Positions 50,645-59,266 of a stretch of 64,000 bases of DNA are shown one piece after another. The DNA lies in IMG/VR virus record IMGVR_UViG_3300020154_000003, positions 62,001 through 126,000 of that record; one strand, 5' to 3'. Each line of letters opens with the position of its first letter. Position 1 is the stretch's first letter. The notes beneath the pieces were generated by a model. The model had not been told where the DNA came from. It did not search any database and saw only the letters and a list, made by a program, of their open reading frames with translations. The position numbers and the translations under genes are program-made.

Positions 50645-51053
50645 ATACGATGATGATGGCAATCCCATTTGTGAGATTTGTAAAAAATCTTTCAAAAGAG
50701 TATTGAGTCATGTTCGCCAAAAGCATGACATGAATGAACGAGAGTATAAGCTTAAGTTCGGTTTTGATCTCACCAAGGGAATATGCAGTGAAGAAAGTTC
50801 GGAAGCATCAAGAATTATGGTGTACCAGAATTATGATCGCTGTATATCTAAGAATTTAATAAGAAAGGGTGTTAAAACCAGATACAAAAAAGGTGATCCC
50901 GGACGAACCAAAGATATGGTGCAAGAACAAACCAGAATTGCATTAATTGAACGGTTAAAAGAACCGAAGATGGTCAAAGCAATGAAAGCGTCTGGTAAGA
51001 AAGTAGGGAAAACAGGTTTAGGAAATTTAGCCCGATGGGGTAAAAAAAGTTAG
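50625..51053 (+). CDS. C2H2 Zn-finger protein
   Basis: CEICKKSF...HVRQKH..EYK. Confidence 0.65.
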   Translation: MAYGVIEYDDDGNPICEICKKSFKRVLSHVRQKHDMNEREYKLKFGFDLTKGICSEESSEASRIMVYQNYDRCISKNLIRKGVKTRYKKGDPGRTKDMVQEQTRIALIERLKEPKMVKAMKASGKKVGKTGLGNLARWGKKS

Positions 51054-51095
51054 TAAATGTTGAATAGTATTCATTTCTCTTCCTATATTTGAGAC

Positions 51096-51371
51096 ATGAA
51101 TTTGATCGGTGAGTTGGGGACTGCATTTACTAAATTAAGACTGTATTGGAAATATTTCGGTCTGCCTGCGGAAGATAAAAAGTTGTTAGTTGAGATTGAA
51201 ATGTTGGCAATGGAGCCTGATTCACCTCAAAAATGGGGACTTCTTGCTGAACGGTACTGGAAGCTAATTGAGTGTCATGATGGTTTAAGCAGGCACTCAA
51301 TTGAACATTACGCGAACCAATACACTGCTTGTAGAACTAAGTTTCTGAAGAAAAGTCTGCCTCTTAATTAA
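51096..51371 (+). CDS. hypothetical protein
   Basis: 91 aa; TATATTTG at 51084. Confidence 0.55.
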   Translation: MNLIGELGTAFTKLRLYWKYFGLPAEDKKLLVEIEMLAMEPDSPQKWGLLAERYWKLIECHDGLSRHSIEHYANQYTACRTKFLKKSLPLN

Positions 51372-51400
51372 TTTTTATAAAAAAATACATAAAAAATCGC

Positions 51401-51439
51401 AACTTTTAATTGCAAGTCTCGTATTTATGGTTACATTTG
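51401..51439 (+). promoter_or_regulatory. composite promoter of tRNA operon 4
   Basis: AAC-N16-CGTA, GTATTTAT, TACATTTG. Confidence 0.75.
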
Positions 51440-51454
51440 CAACGCATTAAAAAA

Positions 51455-51586
51455 ATGGAAAAACTAACGTCAAATATTAATCGATCAAACTGGTGTGGAA
51501 GTAATTCTATATCAGGGAATATTCTTGGCTCTACATTTAGAGGCACGAACGGGTTAATGTTTGATACAGATGGTGGAACACTGTAA
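51455..51586 (+). CDS. leader peptide 4 MEKLTSNINRSNWCGSNSISGNILGSTFRGTNGLMFDTDGGTL
   Basis: 43 aa; codons 4-33 use only L,T,S,N,I,R,W,C,G,F. Confidence 0.85.
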   Translation: MEKLTSNINRSNWCGSNSISGNILGSTFRGTNGLMFDTDGGTL

Positions 51587-51610
51587 ATAGAAGAAAAAAT
51601 ATCAAACACT

Positions 51611-51638
51611 AACCCGACCCAAAAAGTCGGGTTTTTTT
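51611..51638 (+). terminator. attenuator terminator, tRNA operon 4
   Basis: AACCCGAC-CCAAAAA-GTCGGGTTTTTTT. Confidence 0.9.
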
Positions 51639-51646
51639 ATGTCTAT

Positions 51647-51740
51647 ACATCGGCATTCATTGGTGAGATAAGCAGTCTCCAAAACTGTGCGAAAGGAGTA
51701 ATTACTGAGTAGCTTGTGGGTTCGAATCCCACCCTTTGTG
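51647..51740 (+). tRNA. atypical tRNA-Trp(CCA), long variable arm, weak acceptor
   Basis: GCAGT-CTCCAAA-ACTGT; GTGGG-TTCGAAT-CCCAC. Confidence 0.6.
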
Positions 51741-51754
51741 CGAAAATAGTAAAT

Positions 51755-51826
51755 GGATAGGTAGCTTAATGGTGAAGCTTTCGGCTGTTAACCGAATGAG
51801 TGTGGGTTCGAGTCCCACCCTGTCCT
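51755..51826 (+). tRNA. tRNA-Asn(GTT)
   Basis: TTCGG-CTGTTAA-CCGAA. Confidence 0.9.
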
Positions 51827-51835
51827 CAATAATAA

Positions 51836-51908
51836 GGGGTTCAAGCTAATCTGGTGAAAGCGTCTGCCTGAAGAGCAGAAGAGTTCGGTTCGAAACCGAA
51901 GTTCCCCA
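51836..51908 (+). tRNA. tRNA-Phe(GAA)
   Basis: TCTGC-CTGAAGA-GCAGA. Confidence 0.85.
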
Positions 51909-52059
51909 CCGTGATCTAAAGTATTTCGAGACCTAAATCGGGTACTGGTGATGACAACGATCATTGACATGCTGGAAAAAAATTTGATAAAATTAGGTTA
52001 ATTTTGGAAAAAGTTAACTATGTTTACAATTGTTGAACAAGTTAACTTTTTCTATATTT

Positions 52060-52143
52060 GCCGATGTCGCATAGTGGTTGATTGCACCTGACTTGTAATC
52101 AGGAAGATAATATCTCGCGGGGGTTCGAATCCCTCCATCGGCT
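52060..52143 (+). tRNA. tRNA-Thr(TGT) with long variable arm
   Basis: CCTGA-CTTGTAA-TCAGG. Confidence 0.85.
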
Positions 52144-52159
52144 CAAGAAATTTTAAAAC

Positions 52160-52504
52160 ATGATTATTGATCAATACTTAATAATATCTGAAGGAAAAAA
52201 GAAGTGGAATCCCAATGTTAAATTGGTGAAAACATTGAAAGGCAACATGCCTTCGAATGCTATCGCTCTTAAACTTAACATTGACATACCCGACAGTATT
52301 TTCAAGCGTCCTCAGCTTCAAGCTTCAATTAAGATTAATGAAGAAGACATTGCCAAACCAGTAATTAATGGACAGGTACTGGATAACATTAAAGAAGTGT
52401 TTAAGCAGCAGCTTGGAGTTGAAGTAACCTTACAACACATTCAACCTGATTTAGAACTTGCTAATTATAATATTGGTGTTAAGAATTTCCTAAAGGAAGA
52501 ATAA
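52160..52504 (+). CDS. hypothetical protein
   Basis: 114 aa ORF. Confidence 0.6.
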   Translation: MIIDQYLIISEGKKKWNPNVKLVKTLKGNMPSNAIALKLNIDIPDSIFKRPQLQASIKINEEDIAKPVINGQVLDNIKEVFKQQLGVEVTLQHIQPDLELANYNIGVKNFLKEE

Positions 52505-52510
52505 TAATTT

Positions 52511-52583
52511 GCCTTCGTAGTTCAACGGAAGAACATCACTCTTCTAAAGTGTATGGTTGGGGGTTCGAATCCCTCCGAAGGTA
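52511..52583 (+). tRNA. tRNA-Arg(TCT)
   Basis: CACT-CTTCTAA-AGTG. Confidence 0.88.
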
Positions 52584-52597
52584 CGATTTAATGAAAT

Positions 52598-52669
52598 GCC
52601 CTTGTAGTTCAATGGATAGAATAGTTGCCTTCTAAGCAATTGATATTGGTTCGATTCCAATCAGGGGTA
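52598..52669 (+). tRNA. tRNA-Arg(TCT)
   Basis: GTTGC-CTTCTAA-GCAAT. Confidence 0.92.
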
Positions 52670-52793
52670 CTAAATGGAAAAAAGAAGAGTAAGACCTTCT
52701 GCTTTAATGTGGTGGAGAATACAATTAATGATCGCAATATTAATGTATCTTTTTTCACATGAGATTGCTGAAGTTATAGTTATATTAGTACAA

Positions 52794-52866
52794 GCCCTTA
52801 TAGATTAACTGGAAAATCACTCCGCTACGAACGGAGAGACTGTAGGTTCGACTCCTACTAGGGGTA
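52794..52866 (+). tRNA. tRNA-Arg(ACG)
   Basis: CTCCG-CTACGAA-CGGAG. Confidence 0.92.
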
Positions 52867-52870
52867 CAAT

Positions 52871-53083
52871 ATGAAAAACAAAAGGGTTATTAAAATAAAG
52901 TTTTATGGGTTTGCCCAATTACTTACTGTCCTATTTATAGGATTGAAATTAACAGATCATATTGACTGGTCATGGTTATGGGTTCTATCCCCGTTATGGT
53001 TGCCTGCAGTAGTTGTGATTTCAATATTATTAATTATGTTTCTATTCATGTTAATTGTTGCAGCAGCTTCAAGTAGTAGATAA
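52871..53083 (+). CDS. small transmembrane protein
   Basis: LFIGLKLT..IDWSWLWVLSPLW. Confidence 0.7.
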   Translation: MKNKRVIKIKFYGFAQLLTVLFIGLKLTDHIDWSWLWVLSPLWLPAVVVISILLIMFLFMLIVAAASSSR

Positions 53084-53089
53084 ATAAAT

Positions 53090-53263
53090 TGTAGAGTGGC
53101 GAAATTGGCAGACGTTGCCCATCGGTCTCATGGGAGGGGAGCAAGAAATAAAGATGAAACAATGTTGTTTGTTGGTTGGAAATCAATAAACGGGTGGCGA
53201 AAGAAATTTTAACATTAAAGTAATCCTAATCTCCCCGTGTAGGTTCGACCCCTACCTCTACAG
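53090..53263 (+). ncRNA. tRNA-like RNA with ~95-nt variable-arm insertion
   Basis: TGTAGAG/CTCTACA acceptor, D arm, CCCAT-CGGTCTC-ATGGG, insert closed by GGGGAG/CTCCCC, T arm. Confidence 0.65.
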
Positions 53264-53277
53264 CAAAAAATACAAGT

Positions 53278-53511
53278 ATGGAAGGGCCAACGAAATTATT
53301 TTTCCCTGCAAGGGAAGAACTTCATTGTTCAGGATGTAAATATTATGATTATCATTTAGTGAAAAGTGGTCATCATCCTGTTTATGCGAAGCATTGTACT
53401 CACCCAACAGTTGAGCAATCAATGTGGTGTTTCGAAGGAAATTTACCTAAAGATGGTATCACTCCTGAATGGTGTCCATACTTGAAGAAAAATGAAAGAT
53501 CAACATATTAG
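53278..53511 (+). CDS. Cys-rich small protein
   Basis: CSGC...C...TPEWCP. Confidence 0.6.
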   Translation: MEGPTKLFFPAREELHCSGCKYYDYHLVKSGHHPVYAKHCTHPTVEQSMWCFEGNLPKDGITPEWCPYLKKNERSTY

Positions 53512-53713
53512 TAGAGCACGAGCACATTGCTCGTTATGTGATATAAATTTCGTTGCGTCTGCAACACATGAAATTTCGGTTGAAGCTGAATTGAAATCAA
53601 TTGATCAATTAAAAGAACAATTAGAAGAACATTTTATTACTTCAATGCATCAAAAAAATGTTGAAGCATTTAAGCAATACAATGAAGAAATAGTCGGGTA
53701 TATCAACGGTTAG
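53492..53713 (+). CDS. C2H2 Zn-finger small protein
   Basis: CSLC...H....H; 3' end overlaps tRNA-Ile. Confidence 0.55.
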   Translation: MKDQHISRARAHCSLCDINFVASATHEISVEAELKSIDQLKEQLEEHFITSMHQKNVEAFKQYNEEIVGYING

Positions 53714-53764
53714 ATTGTCATCCTGATAAGATGAAGGTAGTGGGTTCGACTCCCACCCTGACTA
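53692..53764 (+). tRNA. tRNA-Ile(GAT)
   Basis: TCATC-CTGATAA-GATGA. Confidence 0.9.
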
Positions 53765-53850
53765 CTGAGATATGTTATGAATTAATAACAGTGTTTTGAA
53801 ATTCTGTAGAACGTGTACAGAAACACGAGAGCAATCTCGTCTCAAAGAAT

Positions 53851-53922
53851 GGGCGGTTCATATAAGGGTAAATATGCGAAGCTGATAACTTCGACACAGC
53901 AGTTCGACTCTGCTACTGCCTA
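53851..53922 (+). tRNA. tRNA-Ile(GAT)
   Basis: CGAAG-CTGATAA-CTTCG. Confidence 0.88.
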
Positions 53923-54025
53923 CTTGCATCGAAGGATGGTGTAGTTTCATCTTAGGCCAATGTAACCTGAGCCTTAATCACTGAACGTGGGAGCAGAAAG
54001 AGAGATGATTAGCATATCGATATAT

Positions 54026-54100
54026 TGGCCCTTAGCTTAGTCCGGTGAAAGCGACACACTCATAATGTGAAGATCGGGGGTTCGAATCCCTCAGGGCCAA
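54026..54100 (+). tRNA. tRNA(CAT), probably Ile2 (lysidine type)
   Basis: CACA-CTCATAA-TGTG; GGCCC acceptor; follows two Ile tRNAs. Confidence 0.8.
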
Positions 54101-54109
54101 CTTAAAATT

Positions 54110-54388
54110 ATGGAAGAAAGAATATACACAATTGATCGAGTTCGTTTCGAAGGGAAATGGGTCGAGTACTGGTTCGTTGAAAAACCGCTTGAAGGAAGAA
54201 TGAGTTTTGATGCTTGCTCTAAAGGCTACATGCTTTGGAATGCAATAGATAAAGCGGGTATTTATGATGAAGTCGTTTCAAACGGACTTAAAGGAAGAAA
54301 AATGAAATGGGTTAAGAATGAAAATTCATATGTTTTCGAACCAAAAGAATTTGTGATGGACGTTTCTTGTTTCTGTAATCAAGATTAA
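54110..54388 (+). CDS. hypothetical protein
   Basis: 92 aa ORF. Confidence 0.55.
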   Translation: MEERIYTIDRVRFEGKWVEYWFVEKPLEGRMSFDACSKGYMLWNAIDKAGIYDEVVSNGLKGRKMKWVKNENSYVFEPKEFVMDVSCFCNQD

Positions 54389-54392
54389 AAAT

Positions 54393-54482
54393 AGAGAGTT
54401 ACCCAAGCTGGTGAAGGGGCCGATTTGCTAAATCGGTAGGTCATGTTAAAGTGGCGCGAGGGTTCGAACCCCTCACTCTCTG
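54393..54482 (+). tRNA. tRNA-Ser(GCT)
   Basis: CCGAT-TTGCTAA-ATCGG, long arm, G73. Confidence 0.93.
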
Positions 54483-54546
54483 CGAGAATGAATACATGCC
54501 AAGTTGAAAGGGAACTCACAGTGGGAGCACTGCCCCTTGGCTCCAT

Positions 54547-54617
54547 GCAGATGTGGTATAGTGGTATTACGTTAGCTTGCCAAGCTAAGGACGAGGGTTC
54601 GATTCCCTTCATCTGCT
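54547..54617 (+). tRNA. tRNA-Gly(GCC)
   Basis: TTAGC-TTGCCAA-GCTAA, U73. Confidence 0.93.
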
Positions 54618-54620
54618 CAT

Positions 54621-54977
54621 ATGTTTTACGAAAATTATCCAATTGAAGAAATTCCTAATGATATTAGGGAAATCTATGAACGTGATGTTAAACCATACAT
54701 CGGTCAATTAGTATTAAATGGCCATGAGGTTGTAAGGTTAGCAGGAATGACATTAGCTGGCGATGGAGAATGGTGTTATCGATACATGATTTTTCCTTCA
54801 TTTTATTATTGGAATCAAAATCGTAAACAAGAAATTTGTGAACCATCACTTTTGATTATGCATCCAATCCCGCTTAAAGGAGTTTTACCGGATGAGACTT
54901 ATGATGAGTTAGAAAGAGTATGGAAAATGAATGAAGAACGTTGTCCTTATTCTAAAGATTGGTTTAAGGAATTTTAA
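54621..54977 (+). CDS. hypothetical protein
   Basis: 118 aa ORF. Confidence 0.6.
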   Translation: MFYENYPIEEIPNDIREIYERDVKPYIGQLVLNGHEVVRLAGMTLAGDGEWCYRYMIFPSFYYWNQNRKQEICEPSLLIMHPIPLKGVLPDETYDELERVWKMNEERCPYSKDWFKEF

Positions 54978-54980
54978 AAT

Positions 54981-55052
54981 GCGAGTGTGGTGCTAGTGGT
55001 AACACAGTGGACTTCCAATTCACAGTCGCGGGTTCGATTCCCGCTACTCGCT
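54981..55052 (+). tRNA. tRNA-Gly(TCC)
   Basis: GTGGA-CTTCCAA-TTCAC. Confidence 0.92.
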
Positions 55053-55057
55053 CAATA

Positions 55058-55144
55058 GGAGAATTAGCATAATTGGTAATGCAGCACTCTCGAAAAGTGC
55101 CATGACTGTAAAAGGTCTTGTAGGTTCGAGTCCTACATTCTCCG
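55058..55144 (+). tRNA. tRNA-Ser(CGA)
   Basis: GCACT-CTCGAAA-AGTGC. Confidence 0.92.
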
Positions 55145-55161
55145 CAAAAATCAAATTTTAC

Positions 55162-55665
55162 ATGAAAGTAATCAATATATTCGGTGGCCCCGGAACGGGT
55201 AAATCAGTAACTGCAGCAAAGTTGTTTGCAGAATTAAAGATCAAAAAGTATAATTGTGAACTAATCACAGAATACGCAAAAGAACTAGTTTACGATGAAT
55301 CTTTTAAGTTGATGGAAAATCAGATTTGGATTTTTGCCAATCAGCACCACCGAATGCATCGCCTCAGGGACAAAGTGGACTACTTAATTACGGATTCACC
55401 GTTATTTAACTCTATTGTTTATTCGGGAAAAGGTGAAGAACACAAAACTTTTCATAGTTTTATCATGACAGAGTTTAACAAATACAACAATTTAAATGTA
55501 TATTTGGAACGTGAAACCGAATACCAAACTGTTGGTAGGTATCAGGATGAGGAAGGTGCGAAACAGGTTGATTTAGAGGTTCTTAGACTGTTTAAATACT
55601 TTGATGTTCCGTATGTGAAGATCGGTTTACATAATGTAACAAGTAATATAATGAATCTTTTATGA
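55162..55665 (+). CDS. P-loop nucleotide kinase/AAA (NadR-like)
   Basis: GGPGTGKS, EYAKE, ITDSP. Confidence 0.8.
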   Translation: MKVINIFGGPGTGKSVTAAKLFAELKIKKYNCELITEYAKELVYDESFKLMENQIWIFANQHHRMHRLRDKVDYLITDSPLFNSIVYSGKGEEHKTFHSFIMTEFNKYNNLNVYLERETEYQTVGRYQDEEGAKQVDLEVLRLFKYFDVPYVKIGLHNVTSNIMNLL

Positions 55666-55892
55666 TAACGGAGGAACAACTTGACTCACTCCTTGAATTC
55701 GGGAAAGAAGCTGATGGAAGTTATTGCGATAGATGGCAGTTTTCCATCAAAAAGAGATTCGGGAAATGGAATTTTTACCTGTTTTGTGAGGTAGATGGTA
55801 AATTAACACATATTAAAGTTTTAAAAGACTTTGAAGATTTGAAAAATGTGTATAAAGCCATCACCGATCAAGAATTAGAATATAAAAAATAG
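55662..55892 (+). CDS. hypothetical protein
   Basis: 76 aa ORF. Confidence 0.55.
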   Translation: MITEEQLDSLLEFGKEADGSYCDRWQFSIKKRFGKWNFYLFCEVDGKLTHIKVLKDFEDLKNVYKAITDQELEYKK

Positions 55893-55977
55893 AGAGTTGC
55901 CAGAGTGGTTTATCGGGGCGGTCTTGAAAACCGTTGAACTGTAACAGGTTCCGGGGGTTCGAATCCCTCACTCTCTG
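55891..55977 (+). tRNA. tRNA-Ser(TGA)
   Basis: GCGGT-CTTGAAA-ACCGT. Confidence 0.93.
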
Positions 55978-55978
55978 C

Positions 55979-56308
55979 GTGATATACGTAGTTAACAAAT
56001 ACAAGCACACCCCAACAGAATTTGATGTCAAAATATCAAGACCATCACCTTTGGGTAATCCCTTTACTTCGAAAGATGTTAAATCTACTAGAGCAAAATA
56101 TCAGTCGAGTTCAAGGGAAGAGTCAATCAAAAACTTTGAAAGTTACATAGTTGCTAAGATTGCACAACGCGACAAAGCAATATGTGATGAACTTAACAAG
56201 ATATATTTGATGGCCAAAAGGGGTGATGTGTATTTGGTGTGTTTTTGTAAACCGCAGGACTGTCACGGTGACATCATAAAGAAAATTGTTGAAAGTAAAT
56301 TAGCATGA
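55979..56308 (+). CDS. DUF4326-like protein
   Basis: RPSPLGNPF...L.CFCKP..CHGD; GTG start. Confidence 0.75.
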   Translation: MIYVVNKYKHTPTEFDVKISRPSPLGNPFTSKDVKSTRAKYQSSSREESIKNFESYIVAKIAQRDKAICDELNKIYLMAKRGDVYLVCFCKPQDCHGDIIKKIVESKLA

Positions 56309-56643
56309 CCAGAACATTAAAATTTGAAAAAGATACCTTATCACAGTGGTTTGCTGTGATTCCTGAATGGTCTGGTAGCAGAGATGATTTACAAATGGTA
56401 ATGGGTGCTGATACATTACTTGAGATCATTGCCCAAGGAGAAAATAACGTGGAGGTTTTATTTAGTACAGAACCTTTTGAAGGAAGCAATGTCCTCAATT
56501 GGAGTGAAGATGATCTAGTAATTGGCGGTGGTTATTACGAACTACCTACTTACATGAACATTGAATATAATCTAAACATATGGCTTTGTGATGTCACCAA
56601 ATTTGTGTTTGGAGATATGCCAAGACATATTTACTTTAAATAA
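56305..56643 (+). CDS. conserved hypothetical protein (DUF6717-like)
   Basis: LQMVMGADTLL...WLCDVTKFVFG..P..IYF. Confidence 0.6.
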   Translation: MTRTLKFEKDTLSQWFAVIPEWSGSRDDLQMVMGADTLLEIIAQGENNVEVLFSTEPFEGSNVLNWSEDDLVIGGGYYELPTYMNIEYNLNIWLCDVTKFVFGDMPRHIYFK

Positions 56644-57148
56644 CATGGCAAGCGAAATTTTAGCGGTTCCTGAAGAATATCTGGAGGAAGTAATTAAGGT
56701 CATCCGCACAGGGTTGAAACACACAAAAGTTTCAAAAAGCGTAAAATCCAATCTAACTAAATGGTGTAATGAAGAAGAGCAGTATTTATTGGAAATGGAT
56801 GATGACGAATGAAACCATACGGAAGAAGAGAAAAAGGCGTTCAATTCCACTCAAAAACCGATCATAACATCAGGTTCAAAAATCGAAAGATCGGAAATTG
56901 GTGGGAAGATATAGGTTCTTCTAGTAAGAAAACGGAACGTCAAAAAGCTAAAAAATATTGTAATGAAGAAATGGTGGTATACAATAAGACCGAACCAAAG
57001 TGAGACTGTTCGTAAATTAATTGCCTTAGGTAAGGGCAGAGATATTATGAACGCAATTCAAATAGAAATGAGATCAGGGAAAGGTCATGGCACTTACAAT
57101 GGGATTAGGGTTGAGCGGGTTGGAAGAATTATTATTGATTAAATAAAT

Positions 57149-57220
57149 ACGGGTATCGTACAGTGGCTAGTATAGCGATCTCCAAAATCGTTGACGTGGG
57201 TTCGAATCCTACTACCCGTG
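57149..57220 (+). tRNA. tRNA-Trp(CCA)
   Basis: GCGAT-CTCCAAA-ATCGT. Confidence 0.92.
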
Positions 57221-57236
57221 CAAGTTTTAATTTATT

Positions 57237-57479
57237 ATGGCGAAGAAAGTTAAAAAAGTAGAAGATATATTAGGTCAACCAGACATCATAGAATCGTTTA
57301 GTGTTTTTTATTATCAAGATCAAAAATCAAAAGGTTACTCAATATTCTCTGACGAGTTTCCATTCTTTGGGTCTCAAGGCGAAACAAAAGAATTGGCATT
57401 TGAAAACTTCATAAAAGATTTAGGTGCGATTCTCGCCATACAAAGACGAGACAAAGAAAAAAGAAAGAAGAAAAAATAA
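57237..57479 (+). CDS. HicB-like domain protein
   Basis: GYSIFSDEFP..GSQGETKELAFEN. Confidence 0.5.
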   Translation: MAKKVKKVEDILGQPDIIESFSVFYYQDQKSKGYSIFSDEFPFFGSQGETKELAFENFIKDLGAILAIQRRDKEKRKKKK

Positions 57480-57486
57480 AATATAT

Positions 57487-57576
57487 TCTTGGGTTGCTAT
57501 AGTGGCCGAATAGTCCAGACTGTTAATCTGGTGAACGCAAGTTCCATCGCAGGTTCGACTCCTGCCCCAAGAGCCA
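57487..57576 (+). tRNA. tRNA-Asn(GTT) with long variable arm
   Basis: CCAGA-CTGTTAA-TCTGG, GAAC-GCAA-GTTC arm, encoded CCA. Confidence 0.85.
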
Positions 57577-57593
57577 CACATTAAATAATTGAA

Positions 57594-58520
57594 ATGAACA
57601 AGGAATTACTAGACTTCGTAAGGGTTTTATCTGAAAACGATAAAAAGAATCTATGTCAAAAAGCATTGAAAACCTCTGAAGAAGTTGGTGAATTAGCGAA
57701 AGCAGTATTACCATTTGAAAATGCTGCAGGTACGCTGCATAGATTTTCTGACCGAAGAAAAATTCTTGAAAATGTTGCTGACGTTATTTTGAGTGCAATA
57801 TCAATAGCATATGATATGAAGTTCACGGATGAGGCGATTGAAGATATGATGCTTGAGAAGTCTAAAAAGTGGCAGGGAATACAGGCGAAGGAAGACAAAA
57901 CAAAATTTCCTTTACCATATGAAATTCATGTCACGGTTCAACGACCTGAGGATATTGAGGAATTTAAGAAAGTGTGCGGTGTGATTGGGGTTAAACCGAT
58001 CATCATTGAATTGGAAAAGAATCAGGAAGTGGTAATGCAGGATGTTATGACATCATCCGTTCATTTCGGGGATAATAGGTCTGCTTACGAAGAGGTTGAA
58101 AGAATCTCAAAAAGATTGGCATTACATTCGTTCAATGTTTTGAGAAGTAAAATTGAGACTGTGCCTTGGCATCCCGCAGCACCGACAAGGAATGGTGAAA
58201 GTAAAATGCCAATGGACTGTTATTTTGAGTCGCATTTAAGAATTGTAACTGACAAAACTAAATACGATAATTTGAGGGCGATTGCGGAATATCATGAAGC
58301 ACATTTATCAAGAAACTACTTTAAGAAATTAAGCGAAACGGAATACATCATCATGATGACGTTAAGATCGTATGATGATAATGCAGAAAATTTCAAAAGT
58401 AGAGTGGAAGCATTAAAGAACGAATTGCGTGATTTGAATTTTAATGTTGATAAGGTTGAAATTGAATTTGCGGTTTACGATACAAAAACATCTCACGACA
58501 TTGCGTGGATAGGGAAATAA
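57594..58520 (+). CDS. MazG-like NTP pyrophosphatase fused to an uncharacterised domain
   Basis: KTSEEVGELAKA...ENVADV. Confidence 0.75.
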   Translation: MNKELLDFVRVLSENDKKNLCQKALKTSEEVGELAKAVLPFENAAGTLHRFSDRRKILENVADVILSAISIAYDMKFTDEAIEDMMLEKSKKWQGIQAKEDKTKFPLPYEIHVTVQRPEDIEEFKKVCGVIGVKPIIIELEKNQEVVMQDVMTSSVHFGDNRSAYEEVERISKRLALHSFNVLRSKIETVPWHPAAPTRNGESKMPMDCYFESHLRIVTDKTKYDNLRAIAEYHEAHLSRNYFKKLSETEYIIMMTLRSYDDNAENFKSRVEALKNELRDLNFNVDKVEIEFAVYDTKTSHDIAWIGK

Positions 58521-58523
58521 AAA

Positions 58524-58874
58524 ATGGACTACAATACGTTTCTTGAAGAATACAAGAAGAATGAAAAAGATGGTGTCTATTGGATAATGACAACACTTAA
58601 GGATATGGGGAATAATAAGGAATATGATGATTTCCAAACTATCCTTGATAATGCGGAACCAGAAATTTTTAAAGACGGATCAGTAACAATTGCCTTAGTT
58701 GCATGGTGGTTTGGAGATCATCTTGATCGCTCGAATTACGTAAAGAAGGCCATCCAATATTACGATGAATTAAAGGGCGATGGCTACGGTGAAAAATTGT
58801 TTGGTCGATTTGGTAATGGTTCATGGAAACCTTCATTCGGATTTGAAAGACGAATGTTTGATATTAAAGAATAG
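58524..58874 (+). CDS. hypothetical protein
   Basis: 116 aa ORF. Confidence 0.55.
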   Translation: MDYNTFLEEYKKNEKDGVYWIMTTLKDMGNNKEYDDFQTILDNAEPEIFKDGSVTIALVAWWFGDHLDRSNYVKKAIQYYDELKGDGYGEKLFGRFGNGSWKPSFGFERRMFDIKE

Positions 58875-58961
58875 AGAGATGACCGAGTGGCTGATGGTGC
58901 CTGCTTGGAAAGCAGGTTTACGTGTAAAAGCGTAACAAGGGTTCGAATCCCTTTCTCTCTG
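58873..58961 (+). tRNA. tRNA-Ser(GGA)
   Basis: CCTGC-TTGGAAA-GCAGG. Confidence 0.93.
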
Positions 58962-58967
58962 CAACAT

Positions 58968-59040
58968 GCGAAGGTAGTTTAACTGGATAAAGCAGCCCCC
59001 TCCGAAGGGGTAGATGTAGGTTCGACTCCTGCCCTTCGCA
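58968..59040 (+). tRNA. tRNA-Arg(CCG)
   Basis: GCCCC-CTCCGAA-GGGGT. Confidence 0.9.
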
Positions 59041-59042
59041 CA

Positions 59043-59187
59043 AAGTAAGCGAAAGGTTGTGGGTTGGATTCCCATCATCCGCATCGAAATAGAGATAAAC
59101 CGAATCTGAAAATTCGGTCGTCAGCTATCAGGTAGTCAGGAAGTACAACTGTAGGATGTAACTCAATGTCAGAGTAGTCGCTTATTT
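59043..59187 (+). ncRNA. candidate structured RNA
   Basis: Closed by AAGTAAGCGA/TCGCTTATTT; internal ACCGAAT/ATTCGGT hairpin. Confidence 0.4.
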
Positions 59188-59191
59188 ATTT

Positions 59192-59266
59192 GCCTTAGTG
59201 GTGTCTCAACGGCTAACACACGCCCTTGGTAAGGGCGAGATTCGAGTTCGATTCTCGACTAAGGCT
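59192..59266 (+). tRNA. tRNA-Thr(GGT)
   Basis: CGCCC-TTGGTAA-GGGCG. Confidence 0.9.

Noticed and set aside
52007-52052. Inverted repeat GAAAAAGTTAACT/AGTTAACTTTTTC before tRNA-Thr
   Set aside because: Real hairpin but AT-rich, with no leader ORF or clear role; cannot be called a fifth attenuator
54498-54545. Cobalamin riboswitch (AGGGAA...CTGCCCC)
   Set aside because: Only fragments of the consensus; too short and the rest of the core is missing
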